Position numbers and translations under genes: made by a program. From a virus (taxonomy: Duplodnaviria; Caudoviricetes), in the IMG/VR virus record IMGVR_UViG_3300009185_000001, positions 138,881 through 202,880 of that record: a stretch of DNA of 64,000 bases; one strand, 5' to 3'. The notes beneath the pieces are model-generated. The model had not been told where the DNA came from, searched no databases, and saw only the letters and a program-made list of their open reading frames with translations. The stretch's first letter is position 1, and every line of letters starts with the position of its first letter. Of this stretch, positions 46,988 to 58,153 are shown piece after piece.

Positions 46988-47542
46988 TTAATCTAAAGGA
47001 GCATTCGGTTTATCTTTAAAATAAGAAGCCATGCCCTTACTTCTATTTGCCAACATATCAATGTATCTTTCAACATTGTATATTGTTTCCTCATCCTCAA
47101 TCGGCCCTGTAATAATATCATTAGGACGAATATCCAAACCACCCCTATAAGAACCCTCTTCCCCTTCTGAATTATAAATTTTATACTTAATTCCGGTTCT
47201 GGTATCAACATCATTAGTAGCAGGTGCTATTTCCTTCTGACCCATATCCCTTTGCTCATCCTCTACAAATATTTTACCCGCAGATAAGTCTGCAATTTTA
47301 TATAACCTTGGATTATATCCATCTTGTTTAGAATGAATATACCAAGAACCTTCTTTTAAATTTTCATTCTCAATAGCATCATAAAAATTTTGCTTCGGTA
47401 AGGAAGATACATTATCTCCCAATGCTTTTTTCAAAGGAGAACTAAAATCTGCACCCTTAAAGAATTCTTCAGAAGTTGAATTATCTTTCCCAAGAACCTT
47501 TTCATAGGCTTGCTCTAATAGTATTGTATCTTTTGTTCTCAT
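46988..47542 (-). CDS. MKTKD-tag family protein
   Basis: MRTKDTILLEQAYEKV; TATAAATA at 47551-47558. Confidence 0.7.
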   Translation of the reverse strand: MRTKDTILLEQAYEKVLGKDNSTSEEFFKGADFSSPLKKALGDNVSSLPKQNFYDAIENENLKEGSWYIHSKQDGYNPRLYKIADLSAGKIFVEDEQRDMGQKEIAPATNDVDTRTGIKYKIYNSEGEEGSYRGGLDIRPNDIITGPIEDEETIYNVERYIDMLANRSKGMASYFKDKPNAPLD

Positions 47543-47619
47543 ATTTTATATATTTATATTAAAAATAACCAAATTCCTCTTATTCTTCATATAAGATATA
47601 AGAAGTATTGGGGAAAGCT

Positions 47620-47745
47620 TTTGAAGATTAAGAAAATTTTTGAAGACTTTTTTATATTAAGAAAACTTTTGAAGATTACGGAGAATTTTGAAGATTAAGA
47701 AAACTTTTGAAGATTAGGGAGAATTTTGAAGACTTTTTTATATTA
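47620..47745. repeat. Degenerate ~19-bp tandem repeats (TTTGAAGAYT core)
   Basis: About 6 copies of ttt(t)gaaga(tt/ct) in non-coding DNA. Confidence 0.6.
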
Positions 47746-48126
47746 CACTCGGTTTTTTTTAAAAATTTTGCAAAAAAAATTTTACCAGAAATTTTTAAAA
47801 ATGTCAAGAATAATCTTCAAAATCTTTAACTCTTTAATATCCAAAATTTTACACAATATTCCCAATACTCCCAAGCCTTCCCAAGTATCCCCCAAGGGGT
47901 ATAGGGGGTATAAGATTCTTAATATTATATCAAATAGGGTATAGTGTTTTTATATCAACCTCTGTTTTAATAGAACATGGTGTAGCATTACAGCAGGATT
48001 TAAAATGACATTAGGTGTTGATGCAGGTTTCTAGCATTTGTAATATTAAGCATATTAGTATAAATTTCCTCTAGGGGGAAAATTACTAATTGATATATAA
48101 TATTAAGAATACTTCCCAATGCTTTT

Positions 48127-48420
48127 TAATATTACCGGAAATTTCTCCTAGGGGGAAAATTGAATATTACTGGAAATTTCTCCTAGGGGATTTTTAATAT
48201 TACTGGAAATAATATTATGAAGAATTTTTAATATTACTGGGAATATTATTATGGGAAATTTTTAATATTACTGGGAATAATATTACGAAGAATTTTTAAT
48301 ATTACTGGAAATTTCTCCTAGGGGGATTTTTAATATTACTGGAAATTTCTTCTAGGGAATTATTGATAATATTAGGAAGGGTATTGGGGGAGGGATGATT
48401 GAGTATTACTGGGAATTTTT
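48127..48420. repeat. ~34-bp tandem repeats, TAATATTACTGG(G)AA core; candidate iterons
   Basis: Unit starts at 48127, 48162, 48195, 48229, 48263, 48297, 48331, 48367, 48401. Confidence 0.75.
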
Positions 48421-48757
48421 GAGGATTTTTGATATTATTTTTATTGGGAAAATTTTTTTTGGTGTGAGTATGATTGTGCATATATTTATGCGTATATGAT
48501 GGGGGAGGGGAGGGGTAGGCAGATTTTGCCTATCAAAAGTTTTTGGAGGTGTCGAAAAATAAAAATTTGACACCTCCAAAACTTTGAAATTTTTGATGCG
48601 GAAATTTTTGCCTATCAAAAGTTTTTGGAGGTGTCGAAAAATAAAAATTTGACACCTCCAAAACTTTCCATGCTGTGGTTGCTCTCCCAAACTTTTTTTC
48701 ATGTTTCCAAAAATAGTTCTTGCTTTTACCAGAAATAAAAACTATTCTATTTGCCTT

Positions 48758-50725
48758 ATGAAATTGCAAACCGCCACAACAACAATCGAACAAATCGGAA
48801 ACATATCACAAGAGGCTCAATTCACGATGAAGACATCGAGAAAAGCCTTTCAGATTCTTTCTGACTTGTATAGTGATAAACCCCTCGCAATCGTTCGTGA
48901 ACTTGGAGCAAATGCCAAGGACGCAATGGTTGCTGCTGGTAAAGGAGATCAACCATTCCATGTTAAACTTCCCAATGCTCTGGAGCCTTGGATTGTTATT
49001 GAAGATATGGGAACTGGTATTTCCCATGAAGACATATACAATGTCTATACGAAATACTTTGAATCTACCAAGTCAGAATCAAATGATTTTGTGGGATGCC
49101 TCGGCTTGGGCAGCAAAAGCCCTTTCTGCTACTCGGATAACTTTTTGATCACTTCTACCCACCAAGGAGTCAAACGCATCTACAATGCCTTTTTCAGCCA
49201 AACTGGAACTCCTGCCATTTCTTTGATGTCCACAGAGAATACAGATCAAGGCAATGGATTGGCAATTCAAATTCCTGTTAAGCTCGCAGATGTTGTCACC
49301 TTCTGCAATGCGGTTGCAAAAGCCTTTCGCTTCTTCAAGATCAAGCCTTCTATTAGTGGTGGGACTATTGATTGGAAGATCAACAAGATTATGTTTGAGG
49401 GTGAAGGATGGGAAGCTCACGAAGGTTTCACCTATGGGGAATGCTATGCAATCATGGGTGGCGTTACCTATCCTGTGGATCGTTACAAACTTTCACATGA
49501 GGCTCAAAACTTTTGTGCCAAGGGTGGAGTTGTCATGTATTTTGAGATCGGAGAATTGGATGTAACTCCTTCCCGCGAATCTCTTTCTTATGACGATGCA
49601 ACAATCAAATCACTTGAAAGCAAATTTGCCTTTATCAAGAAAGATTTTGAGGAAAAGCTGACCAATACTATCGAAGGCAAATCAAACCTTCTGGATGCAC
49701 TTCGTTCACATTGGAATCTTTCTCACACCTTTGCTCATCTTACTACCAATTTTGACAATGTGAAATGGAGGGGCATTGAGCTTTCAAATCCTGCTCAACT
49801 CATTTCAAAAATATCAAAGGGTGATGTTATGACTCATTCCTTTACAAAGTATTCTCGTTCCAAGTATCGGGAATCGGTTTTTGTTTCGATTGATACAAAA
49901 GCCAAGTGGTATGTCGATGACCTTGCAAAAGGAACAACAGCAAGGGTTAAACAACACCTTCGCAGCAACAACGACGATATGCTTTGCGTATTCAGCAAAG
50001 AAACATTCGATACTCTTGTCAATCATAAGGATGTAAACTATCGCTTCGATGCTTCGATGTTCATTCCAACTTCTACCCTGCCCAAGGTTGTCAATACTCC
50101 CAAGGGTGGAACGAGGACTCCCAAGGTTGGTTTCAATGTTTATACCTTTGGAACATCTTGGCACTCCCGATGGGATTCTGAAACCTTCAACCCTGCCAAT
50201 GCTCCCAAATACTATATCGTAAAAGAGGGAAGCACATGGGATATTTCAATCAAAACAAACTTTGGAAAAATCAGCGGAAAGTCTGACTTGCGTTCTTTGC
50301 TTGGATATTTGAATCTCAAGGAATCTGATATTGTCATGGTATCCCCTCAAAACGAAAAGCATCTTGCCCCATTCTCAAAGAATATCAAAGATGCTGCCAA
50401 TGATATTAAAATTGACTTGGATGAAGATACGATTGCAACCGCACAGCATTATGCTAATGATACTTATCAAGATATTAAAAAGCATCCCACATTCAAGAAA
50501 CTGAAACAAGATTCTGATTTTGTGGTGTTTGTGAACAAAGTCTGTGCGGCTCATAATAGTGTGAAGAAATATAAAAACCTTTTGGGAATGTTTACTATGT
50601 CAAAGGGAAAGCCAGCAGTCCTTGATTCCCAATGCCCTATCACAAATCTTGTGTCAAAGCGTATGGGAAGATATGGATGGGAAGCAGAAGACATTCTAAC
50701 CATCCTCGAAAATTTCCAAAAATAA
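48758..50725 (+). CDS. rIIA: rIIA-like protein (HSP90/GHKL ATPase domain); true start likely 48758
   Basis: AFQILSDLYSDKPLAIVRELGANAKDA, DMGTGIS, YFESTK, GCLGLGSKSPFCYSD. Confidence 0.9.
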   Translation: MKLQTATTTIEQIGNISQEAQFTMKTSRKAFQILSDLYSDKPLAIVRELGANAKDAMVAAGKGDQPFHVKLPNALEPWIVIEDMGTGISHEDIYNVYTKYFESTKSESNDFVGCLGLGSKSPFCYSDNFLITSTHQGVKRIYNAFFSQTGTPAISLMSTENTDQGNGLAIQIPVKLADVVTFCNAVAKAFRFFKIKPSISGGTIDWKINKIMFEGEGWEAHEGFTYGECYAIMGGVTYPVDRYKLSHEAQNFCAKGGVVMYFEIGELDVTPSRESLSYDDATIKSLESKFAFIKKDFEEKLTNTIEGKSNLLDALRSHWNLSHTFAHLTTNFDNVKWRGIELSNPAQLISKISKGDVMTHSFTKYSRSKYRESVFVSIDTKAKWYVDDLAKGTTARVKQHLRSNNDDMLCVFSKETFDTLVNHKDVNYRFDASMFIPTSTLPKVVNTPKGGTRTPKVGFNVYTFGTSWHSRWDSETFNPANAPKYYIVKEGSTWDISIKTNFGKISGKSDLRSLLGYLNLKESDIVMVSPQNEKHLAPFSKNIKDAANDIKIDLDEDTIATAQHYANDTYQDIKKHPTFKKLKQDSDFVVFVNKVCAAHNSVKKYKNLLGMFTMSKGKPAVLDSQCPITNLVSKRMGRYGWEAEDILTILENFQK

Positions 50726-50767
50726 ATCTTGCAATTACCAGAAATAATCTCTACTATTATCAGCCTT

Positions 50768-51814
50768 ATGAACACTACAAACAATGCAGTCACAATCACA
50801 GGAACAGGAAAAATCGCAGCGGTCGTCAATGGCAGACCATACTCGATTGCTTCTGATCATCCAAACTACAATCAAATCATTGGGGCTATCAAATCCCAAG
50901 ACTGGACTTCGTTCGTAACTCTTGCCGATGTTACAAGCCAAGTGAAACAATACACGACAACCGATGGAGTTGAGATCGTGGATGGAGCAGTCATCTATAA
51001 GGGTGAAGCAATTCACAATACTCTCACCAATCGAATCGTGAAGTTCATGGGTGAAGGTCTGCCCTTCCAACCCCTCGTAAGGTTCTTGGAAAATCTGATG
51101 AACAATCCAAGCAAGCGAGCAGTGGATGAACTCTACACATTCTTGGAAGTCGGGGAACTTCCAATCACAGAGGATGGATGCTTTCTGGCATACAAGAATG
51201 TTCGTGCGGATTACATGGACATTCATTCGGGAACATTCAGCAACAAGATTGGTGATGTTTGCGAAATGCCTCGCAATCGGGTTTGCGATGATAGCGAACG
51301 CACTTGCTCTGCGGGTCTTCACTTCTGTTCAATCGCATACCTTCCCCACTTCTCCGATAGTGATGGAGGACATACAATGATTGTGAAGATCAATCCTGCG
51401 GATGTTGTTTCAATTCCAAAGGATTACAACAATACTAAAGGTCGGGCTTGCAAGTATGAAGTCATTGCAGAATACACCGAGGATTGGCGTTCCAAGCTCA
51501 ACAAAGGTGAAAGCGGATGGGATGCAGGTCTTTACACTTCTGATGGTGAAGACTATGAGCTTGATGAACTCGATGAGCTTGACGAAAATGAAAACGAAAA
51601 CGATTGCACCTACTCTCATCCAGATTGCGATGATTACCATTGCTTCTGCGAGGACAAGGATTATGGTTACAAACCCAATGGTCACAAGTTCCACAATGTT
51701 CGTGGAGCCGATGGAAAGTTTGTAAAGAAAGAAGAAGAAGGTTTAGGTAAGGTGGTTGGTGGATTGGTGAAGGCATTCAGCGATGCTCTCAACAAAGCAG
51801 GATATATTCACTAA
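50768..51814 (+). CDS. rIIB: rIIB-like protein; true start likely 50768
   Basis: FLENLMNNPSKRAVDELYTFL, LPITEDGCFLAYK, MPRNRV.DD, CSAGLHFCS, VKINPADVVSIPKDY. Confidence 0.92.
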   Translation: MNTTNNAVTITGTGKIAAVVNGRPYSIASDHPNYNQIIGAIKSQDWTSFVTLADVTSQVKQYTTTDGVEIVDGAVIYKGEAIHNTLTNRIVKFMGEGLPFQPLVRFLENLMNNPSKRAVDELYTFLEVGELPITEDGCFLAYKNVRADYMDIHSGTFSNKIGDVCEMPRNRVCDDSERTCSAGLHFCSIAYLPHFSDSDGGHTMIVKINPADVVSIPKDYNNTKGRACKYEVIAEYTEDWRSKLNKGESGWDAGLYTSDGEDYELDELDELDENENENDCTYSHPDCDDYHCFCEDKDYGYKPNGHKFHNVRGADGKFVKKEEEGLGKVVGGLVKAFSDALNKAGYIH

Positions 51815-51830
51815 TCGTTTCATAGGGAAA

Positions 51831-51864
51831 AATCCCCACTCTCAAAAGGAGTGGGGATTTTTTT
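51831..51864 (+). terminator. Intrinsic terminator
   Basis: AATCCCCACTC/GAGTGGGGATT plus T7. Confidence 0.85.
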
Positions 51865-52045
51865 GTGCCTTGAAAAGTTTACCATTTCAAAAAACCCTTC
51901 CCGTAAAACTTTTTTGGAGGTGTCGAAAAATAAAAATTTGACACCTCCAAAACTTTCCGCACTGGATGAGTGCTGCGGTTGCGTTTTTCAAACCATCGAA
52001 AAAAGTTCTTGACCTTACCAGAAATTTCTGAGAGAATTATTGTCT

Positions 52046-52600
52046 ATGAAATCTTATATGCAACAAATCAGCGACTTTGGTAGAGTAGTATCAGAGTATG
52101 ATGAGAATAAGCATATCCTTTCAAAAACAAAATCAATAAACGAAAAGGTAGATGCTCTGTGCAAAGCCATTGAGTATCTTAAACAAAGAGAAGAAGAAGA
52201 ATACGAAGAAGACGAAGAAGACGAAGAAGACGAAGAAGACGAAGAAGAAACACCATCAATAACATCAAGAATAATCAAATCTATGAAAATGCCTGTAATA
52301 ATAGTAGTAGCCGCACATCTGGCAGTGATCGGAGGAATAATGATTACTTCATCAAATTCCGCAAAAGCCAAGCAAATTTCTTCTGATAAAAAAGCATTGG
52401 AAGAATCATATAGTTATGCGAGTGTCGAAGACAAAGGAGAAAACGATTGGCCTAAACCAAAATTCCATGTAGTAACTTCCAAGGATACTTTTTATGGATT
52501 GGTAAAAAAGTATAAAGTCGATGCCAATAAATTCAAAGAAATAAACAAAATCAAAGACATCAATGTTCTGATTGATGGTAAAAAGCTAATCATACCATGA
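52046..52600 (+). CDS. Membrane-anchored protein with acidic tract and C-terminal LysM domain
   Basis: (EED)n tract, TM helix PVIIVVAAHLAVIGGIMI, HVVTSKDTFYGLVKKY...NKIKDINVLIDGKKLIIP. Confidence 0.75.
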   Translation: MKSYMQQISDFGRVVSEYDENKHILSKTKSINEKVDALCKAIEYLKQREEEEYEEDEEDEEDEEDEEETPSITSRIIKSMKMPVIIVVAAHLAVIGGIMITSSNSAKAKQISSDKKALEESYSYASVEDKGENDWPKPKFHVVTSKDTFYGLVKKYKVDANKFKEINKIKDINVLIDGKKLIIP

Positions 52601-52840
52601 CACTCCAAGAAGTTCGCCAACGCAAGAAAGAGAGTAAGAAGACTTTAAGACATTTCTGGACAGCAGTATGCTTGGGAAATATTATATTACTCACAATGCT
52701 TGCGATTATTTCCTATAATCTTTGAAAAATAGTTCTTGACTTTACCAGAAATTTCTGGAATAATATCGCCTCAATCAAACCACAACGAGCAAAGGAACGG
52801 ATGTTCTATCTTGCAAACTATCAACCCTAAAACAAATCAA

Positions 52841-53143
52841 ATGAAATATAAAACCTTCCCATTCACCATCACTATTGACGATGGTTTCAACGAACCTAAA
52901 AATTTCAAAATGGAATTTGATGGTAGTGTTAGTATGCTCGATCTCATCAAAACCTTGGAAGAAAAATTCCAAGCTAAACCATCCATCGAGGAACTTCTTT
53001 CAGAAGCTATGGAACTGGCGAGCAAATCAATCACGCTTGCGGAGGATTATAGTGAATCCGAAAAGGTGAAATGCCTCGCAAAGAAGTTTGAAGAACTGGA
53101 ATGCAAAGTATGGGATATGGAAGAATCTATCTCCCAAAAATAG
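52841..53143 (+). CDS. Hypothetical protein (likely start MKYKTF)
   Basis: ORF downstream of the promoter at 52736. Confidence 0.5.
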   Translation: MKYKTFPFTITIDDGFNEPKNFKMEFDGSVSMLDLIKTLEEKFQAKPSIEELLSEAMELASKSITLAEDYSESEKVKCLAKKFEELECKVWDMEESISQK

Positions 53144-53180
53144 TAAAATCAACCAACAAAAAAAACAAACCAAAAACCAA

Positions 53181-53645
53181 ATGAAAACTAATATGTCATT
53201 CACAGGAGATTTAGGACACAATCCTAAAATCATTGAAAAGTATAATCGAATTGCAAAAAGATTCGATGTAACCGAACTTCCAATCCTTTTAGAATCTTGG
53301 ATGGACGAAACCGATATGCACGATTTCGCAACTCATCTGGAAAATAGATACTATGCTAATTTCAATGAGTATGTGATCGAATACAACATTCGTTCTCTCT
53401 GTGGAACGAAAGCATATTCAGCAGTCATCATCGACAAGAAAGAGTTTGGATCAGATTTCGAGGATATGGTTTCTTACCACATAGCCCATGAGGTGAAAGA
53501 AGATGGTTCTGTATATTATCTGGAACACGACTTGGAAGGAAGACGAGCAGATAAAGGGAATCAAAATGTTTTATATGATCGTGCATGGGTTCGATCACCC
53601 AAGGAAGGAAAAGAATTTCTTCGATACCTTGAGGCAAATCTTTAA
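53181..53645 (+). CDS. Hypothetical protein (likely start MKTNMS)
   Basis: A/C-rich leader precedes the ATG. Confidence 0.5.
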   Translation: MKTNMSFTGDLGHNPKIIEKYNRIAKRFDVTELPILLESWMDETDMHDFATHLENRYYANFNEYVIEYNIRSLCGTKAYSAVIIDKKEFGSDFEDMVSYHIAHEVKEDGSVYYLEHDLEGRRADKGNQNVLYDRAWVRSPKEGKEFLRYLEANL

Positions 53646-53748
53646 AATAATTCTTGACATATTTTCAAGAATAAAAGAATATATCGACTTCATTGATGGT
53701 AAAACATCATATATAACCAAAACAAAAACCAAATAGAAAGAAAAGCAA

Positions 53749-54225
53749 ATGCCAAACCATTGCAACAACCAACTCACACTCGCAAGCGGAGAAGACCTTT
53801 TGAGTGTATTGAATCCCTACATAACATTAAAGGGAGATGACATTATCGGATGCCAAGAATACCACTTCGATTTCAACAAGATCATTCCAGAACCAAAACC
53901 AGAAGTAGAAGACTGGTATGGATGGAGAGTAGAAAATTGGGGAACGAAATGGGAAGGATATGAGGGTCGATTCAATCAGGATCAATCCGAATTCTCATTT
54001 TGCACAGCATGGAGTCCTCCACTTCCAATCATAAAGAAACTCGCAGAAATTACTGGACAGACTTTTGTTCTTGGGTATATTGAAGAAGGAATGTTCTTCT
54101 GTGGAAAATATACAGCAGGACGAGAATTTGACCATGATGAGTATTACGATGACATCAAAGCAGCACCACAGGAACTTCAAGATGAACTCGGATATGAGGA
54201 ATGGGAAGAAGTAGAAACAGAATAA
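53749..54225 (+). CDS. DUF1281/YubB ferredoxin-like family protein
   Basis: MPNHC.N.L, FDFNKIIPEP, WYGWRVENWGTKW, F.TAWSPP. Confidence 0.75.
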   Translation: MPNHCNNQLTLASGEDLLSVLNPYITLKGDDIIGCQEYHFDFNKIIPEPKPEVEDWYGWRVENWGTKWEGYEGRFNQDQSEFSFCTAWSPPLPIIKKLAEITGQTFVLGYIEEGMFFCGKYTAGREFDHDEYYDDIKAAPQELQDELGYEEWEEVETE

Positions 54226-54260
54226 CCAACCAACCAACCAACCAACCAAACAAACAATAC

Positions 54261-55661
54261 TATGAAATTCACAAGAACAGAATATGTAAGGCGTTATCCA
54301 GAAATGAACAAGATGCGGAAGAATGATCCAATACAATTCAGCGTTTTATTCAATGAGTGGGTTAGAAAAAATAAAAAATAAAAACAACCAACCAATAAAA
54401 ACCAAATGAGAAAAATATATGTAGATGTAAAAGTTCGATTGATTATGAACCTTGAAGAAGGAGTATCGGTCGATGATGCAATCAGCGAAATGGATTATGT
54501 TTTTAATCTTGAAAATGAACATGGAGAGATGGTGGATACAGAGATAATGGATTACAATGTGGAGGATTCAAAATGAAAACAATTACATTGACAGAAGCGC
54601 ATCGAATCCTTGAAGATGCAAGTGCCATAATCATTGACAATGATGTTGTGCTGTATCCATCATTGTCAGAATTGAAAGAAGACGATACAAACGAGTTCAT
54701 GTATCTATCATGGGGTTATGAAGGAGAAGGTTATAGTCTCAGATTTGAAGAGTGGAGAAACCAAGAAGTAGAAGTTGTAGGTTCTTCAATGTTTCTTTAT
54801 GCAAAAGGAGACAGTGACCATACCCAAATTACAATCCTAATAACAAAAGAATTAGAATAATATGAACATCAACAAACTCATCAAACGACTCGAAAAGATT
54901 AAAGACTTGGGAGTCAAAGAAGTAAGTGTAATCGACTGCAACTGGAACGACTGGGACATTGAAACAATCGAACCAGATACAAGCGGAGGATTCGCAATGA
55001 TTCAAATCTCACAATCAGAATCATTCGGACAAGATGAAGAGGATAGTGAAATCTATCCAGAAGAAATTGAAGATTAAAAATATGAAAATACTAACAGACA
55101 ACCGATACATTGGAACCCTCGAACGAAAAATTGCAGTAACCCTAAACCAAAATCTAATTCCCGATGAAGAAGGAAAATACCTTTCTATGGCAAAATCTAT
55201 GGATGCTTTGACAGAAGAAATTTCTCGATCCGTCCGCAGGTTTCAGAATGAAAGTATTCCAGAGAGTATCTGATGAAGGTTAAACCTCAACTATATCAAA
55301 CTGCTGTGTCAAATCAACTTAAAAAGAAAATGACAATAGTCATGGAAGGCGGACTCATTCAAGATATTGTAAAGGAAAATATCTCAGATGTTCTAATAGA
55401 AGTCCACGACTATGATGTTGATGGTATTGATCCCTCAACGCTTAAAAAAGATAACAACAACAAACAATTCCACAAAACAACCTTAGATTGATATGTCAAG
55501 CAAAGAAGCCAAAATTATTGCATTCGCCCTTCAACATCTTCTGATTGATTGGAACGATAACATTGAAAACCAACTCGATGATATTGCAATCGACAAGGAC
55601 ATTGAATACCTCCAAAAGAAATACGAAGGCAAAAGCCAAACATACATAGCACACGAACTCT
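54261..55661 (+). CDS. Run of seven tightly packed small ORFs (54261, 54406, 54573, 54862, 55082, 55273, 55493)
   Basis: Abutting or overlapping starts and stops; acidic small proteins with no recognised family. Confidence 0.5.
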
Positions 55662-56635
55662 AATAGTGTTTTTATAGAACAGCGTGTCAGAATGTAACAT
55701 AGTGTTACATTGCAACAAAAAATCAAACACTTTATTTTTTTTCACACGCACATACGTAACGCATACGTGAGAGGACTTGACAAATTTTTTTCCAGAGGTA
55801 TGTATATTAAGAATACTTCTTAAATTATGAATTCTTCAGAATATATTAAGAATATATAATTATATATTAGTAAATTAACAATTCTTTATAATATTAACAA
55901 TATATAAAATATATAATAATATTAAGAAAATATAATAATACTAAGAATAGGCAAGATGGAAAGTAATTTAGGAAAAGAATTTGATTTGACCTTTGACGGA
56001 ATATTAGATAGGTGGGTAGTCATTGGAATCTTTGAAGAGAATAATGACTATCAATACATCATTCAAAACAAAAAGGAAGATTGTAAAATTATTAACAAAG
56101 AAGAAATAGAATAAACCACATACAAAAAATAAATAGGGATTTCCCCAAGAGATTAAAAACTCTTGGGGTTTTTTTATGCGTATGGAATGGTTTTTTATAT
56201 TTATACGCATAAATTTAGGTAGGCAAAATTTGCCCACTCCTGCAAGTTTTTGGAGGTATTAAAAAATAAAAATTTGACACCTCCAAAAACCTCAAAGCCC
56301 ATTGACGGAAAATTTTCAAGTTTTGGAGGTGTCAAAAAATAAAAATTTGACACCTCCAAAACTTTCCAGTTCGGCGTTTAAAAATAAAAATTATTCTTGC
56401 TTTTATCAGAAAAAAATTATAGTCTTCTCAACCTTATGAAAAATCTATTCTCATTCCTATTCCCTGCAAAGAAACCTTCATTGCTTGCCTTGAGCATTGC
56501 CACCTTCACGAATGAAAGCCACCTTTCCCAAATTTTCCGACAAGGGAGAATATGGGAATACTCTATAAAATAATTTTCCCGATTGGAAAAATAATTCTTG
56601 CTATTACCAGAAATATCTGAGAAACTATCTGCCTT

Positions 56636-57313
56636 ATGAAGCTACTATCCACCACAAACACGAAAATCAAAAAGGGCGAAAAATTCGGATGGACTACCTT
56701 CGGGCTTTCCCTCGCTCCTGCAAACCTTTCAGGCAAACAGCTTTGCCCTCATCGCAGCAAAGGCTGTGAATTGGCTTGTCTCAACACCGCTGGCATGGGT
56801 GTCTTTTCAAATGTTCAAGAGGCTCGTATCGCCAAATCAAAATATCTGATTGAGGAAAAAAATTCTTTTGTTGCTCAACTGAAAAAAGAATTGATTGCTG
56901 CCGAAAAGAAATCCAAGAAACTTGGCATGAAAATTGCGGTTCGTTTGAATGTCCTTTCCGATCTTCCGTGGTATAACATGATTGAGATGTCTGAATATCC
57001 TAACATCCAATTTTATGATTATACTCCAAATGTTTCACGCATGATTCAATTCTTGCGTGGGGAATTGCCAGAAAATTATCACCTCACTTTTTCCCGTAAA
57101 GAAAATAATCAAAGCAAAGTCGAATTGATTGCTTCTATGGGGGGAAACATTGCTGCCGTATTTGATACGCTTCCTGATACCTATCTTGGAAAGAAAGTTA
57201 TTGATGGGGATGAAACCGATCTCCGCTTCATGGATGATAAGAATGTCATTGTCGGATTGAAAGCAAAAGGAAAAGGAAAGAAAGATACTTCGGGCTTCGT
57301 GATTAAAGCCTAA
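56636..57313 (+). CDS. GP88-like phage protein
   Basis: LSLAPA...LCP.RS.GC..ACL..AG.G, VRLNVLSDLPW, FYDYT, NYHLTFS, DGDETDLRF. Confidence 0.7.
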   Translation: MKLLSTTNTKIKKGEKFGWTTFGLSLAPANLSGKQLCPHRSKGCELACLNTAGMGVFSNVQEARIAKSKYLIEEKNSFVAQLKKELIAAEKKSKKLGMKIAVRLNVLSDLPWYNMIEMSEYPNIQFYDYTPNVSRMIQFLRGELPENYHLTFSRKENNQSKVELIASMGGNIAAVFDTLPDTYLGKKVIDGDETDLRFMDDKNVIVGLKAKGKGKKDTSGFVIKA

Positions 57314-57330
57314 AAACTTTCCTCCATAAA

Positions 57331-57365
57331 AACTCCACACTCTGAAAGGGGTGTGGAGTTTTTTT
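57331..57365 (+). terminator. Intrinsic terminator
   Basis: AACTCCACAC/GTGTGGAGTT plus T-run. Confidence 0.85.
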
Positions 57366-57735
57366 ATATCTTGGCACGATCCTTGCTTGTAAGCAAAATC
57401 TGTGCCAACTATAAAATCTCCTCCCCCGTGAAACTTTTTTTGGAGGTGTCAAAAAATAAAAATTTGACACCTCCAAAAAACCCCTATCGCTGGGGTGTTC
57501 ACCTGCCTATTACTTTTTGAAAATTGGTTATGTTTTCCTCCTATGAAAACTCGAATCACTCTGCATCTTCGTTGTATGATCAATAATCCTAAGAATTGGA
57601 AATTCTATGCCAAGGGAATCCTTCGTGAATTCCATGAAGTCTTTCTCACCTTCATGGATTGCTTCTGAAACTATTTTTCCAATTAGAAAAAAAGTTCTTG
57701 ACTTTACCAGAAATATCTGAGAAACTTTCTGCCTT

Positions 57736-58146
57736 ATGAAACTTAAATTCCAATACACCGATGGAGGACGCTCACTCGCTGGCTACTCAGGAAAGACTGG
57801 GGATTGCGTAGTTCGTGCGCTTGCACTTGCCACAGGCTCATCATATATGAATATGTATCAGTTCGTCAATGCAACCTCAAAGGCATTTGAATCTCATCGC
57901 AGAGTCAAATCCAATAATGTTCATGGAGTATATGAAGCATCCGTTCGCGGAATTATGAGGGTCATGAAATTCAAGTGGACGGCAAAGAAAGTCGGAGCTA
58001 TGCTAAAAATTCCAACAAAGGGAAGTTATATCGTTTCCATCCAAGGTCATGTTTGCGCTGTCGTCAATGGAATTATCTTGGACACTCACAATTCCCTCAC
58101 CCCCGACAATCTTCGTTACTCCTACGGATACTGGAAAGTAAAGTAA
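57736..58146 (+). CDS. Conserved phage hypothetical protein, leaderless
   Basis: GDCVVRALA.A.G..Y, YIVSIQGHV.AV.NG...DT. Confidence 0.6.
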   Translation: MKLKFQYTDGGRSLAGYSGKTGDCVVRALALATGSSYMNMYQFVNATSKAFESHRRVKSNNVHGVYEASVRGIMRVMKFKWTAKKVGAMLKIPTKGSYIVSIQGHVCAVVNGIILDTHNSLTPDNLRYSYGYWKVK

Positions 58147-58153
58147 AAATCTT

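Noticed and set aside
48127-48420. CRISPR array
   Set aside because: The variable parts recur as two near-identical variants rather than unique spacers, the constant part is only about 15 bp, and no cas genes are present.
48701-48757. ORF-track upstream starts for rIIA, rIIB and several cassette genes (also 50729, 52736, 60558, 61778, 62449)
   Set aside because: The extensions just translate the promoter or IR modules (the shared LAITRN string is the TTGCNATTACCAGAAAT box); downstream ATGs fit the promoter geometry.
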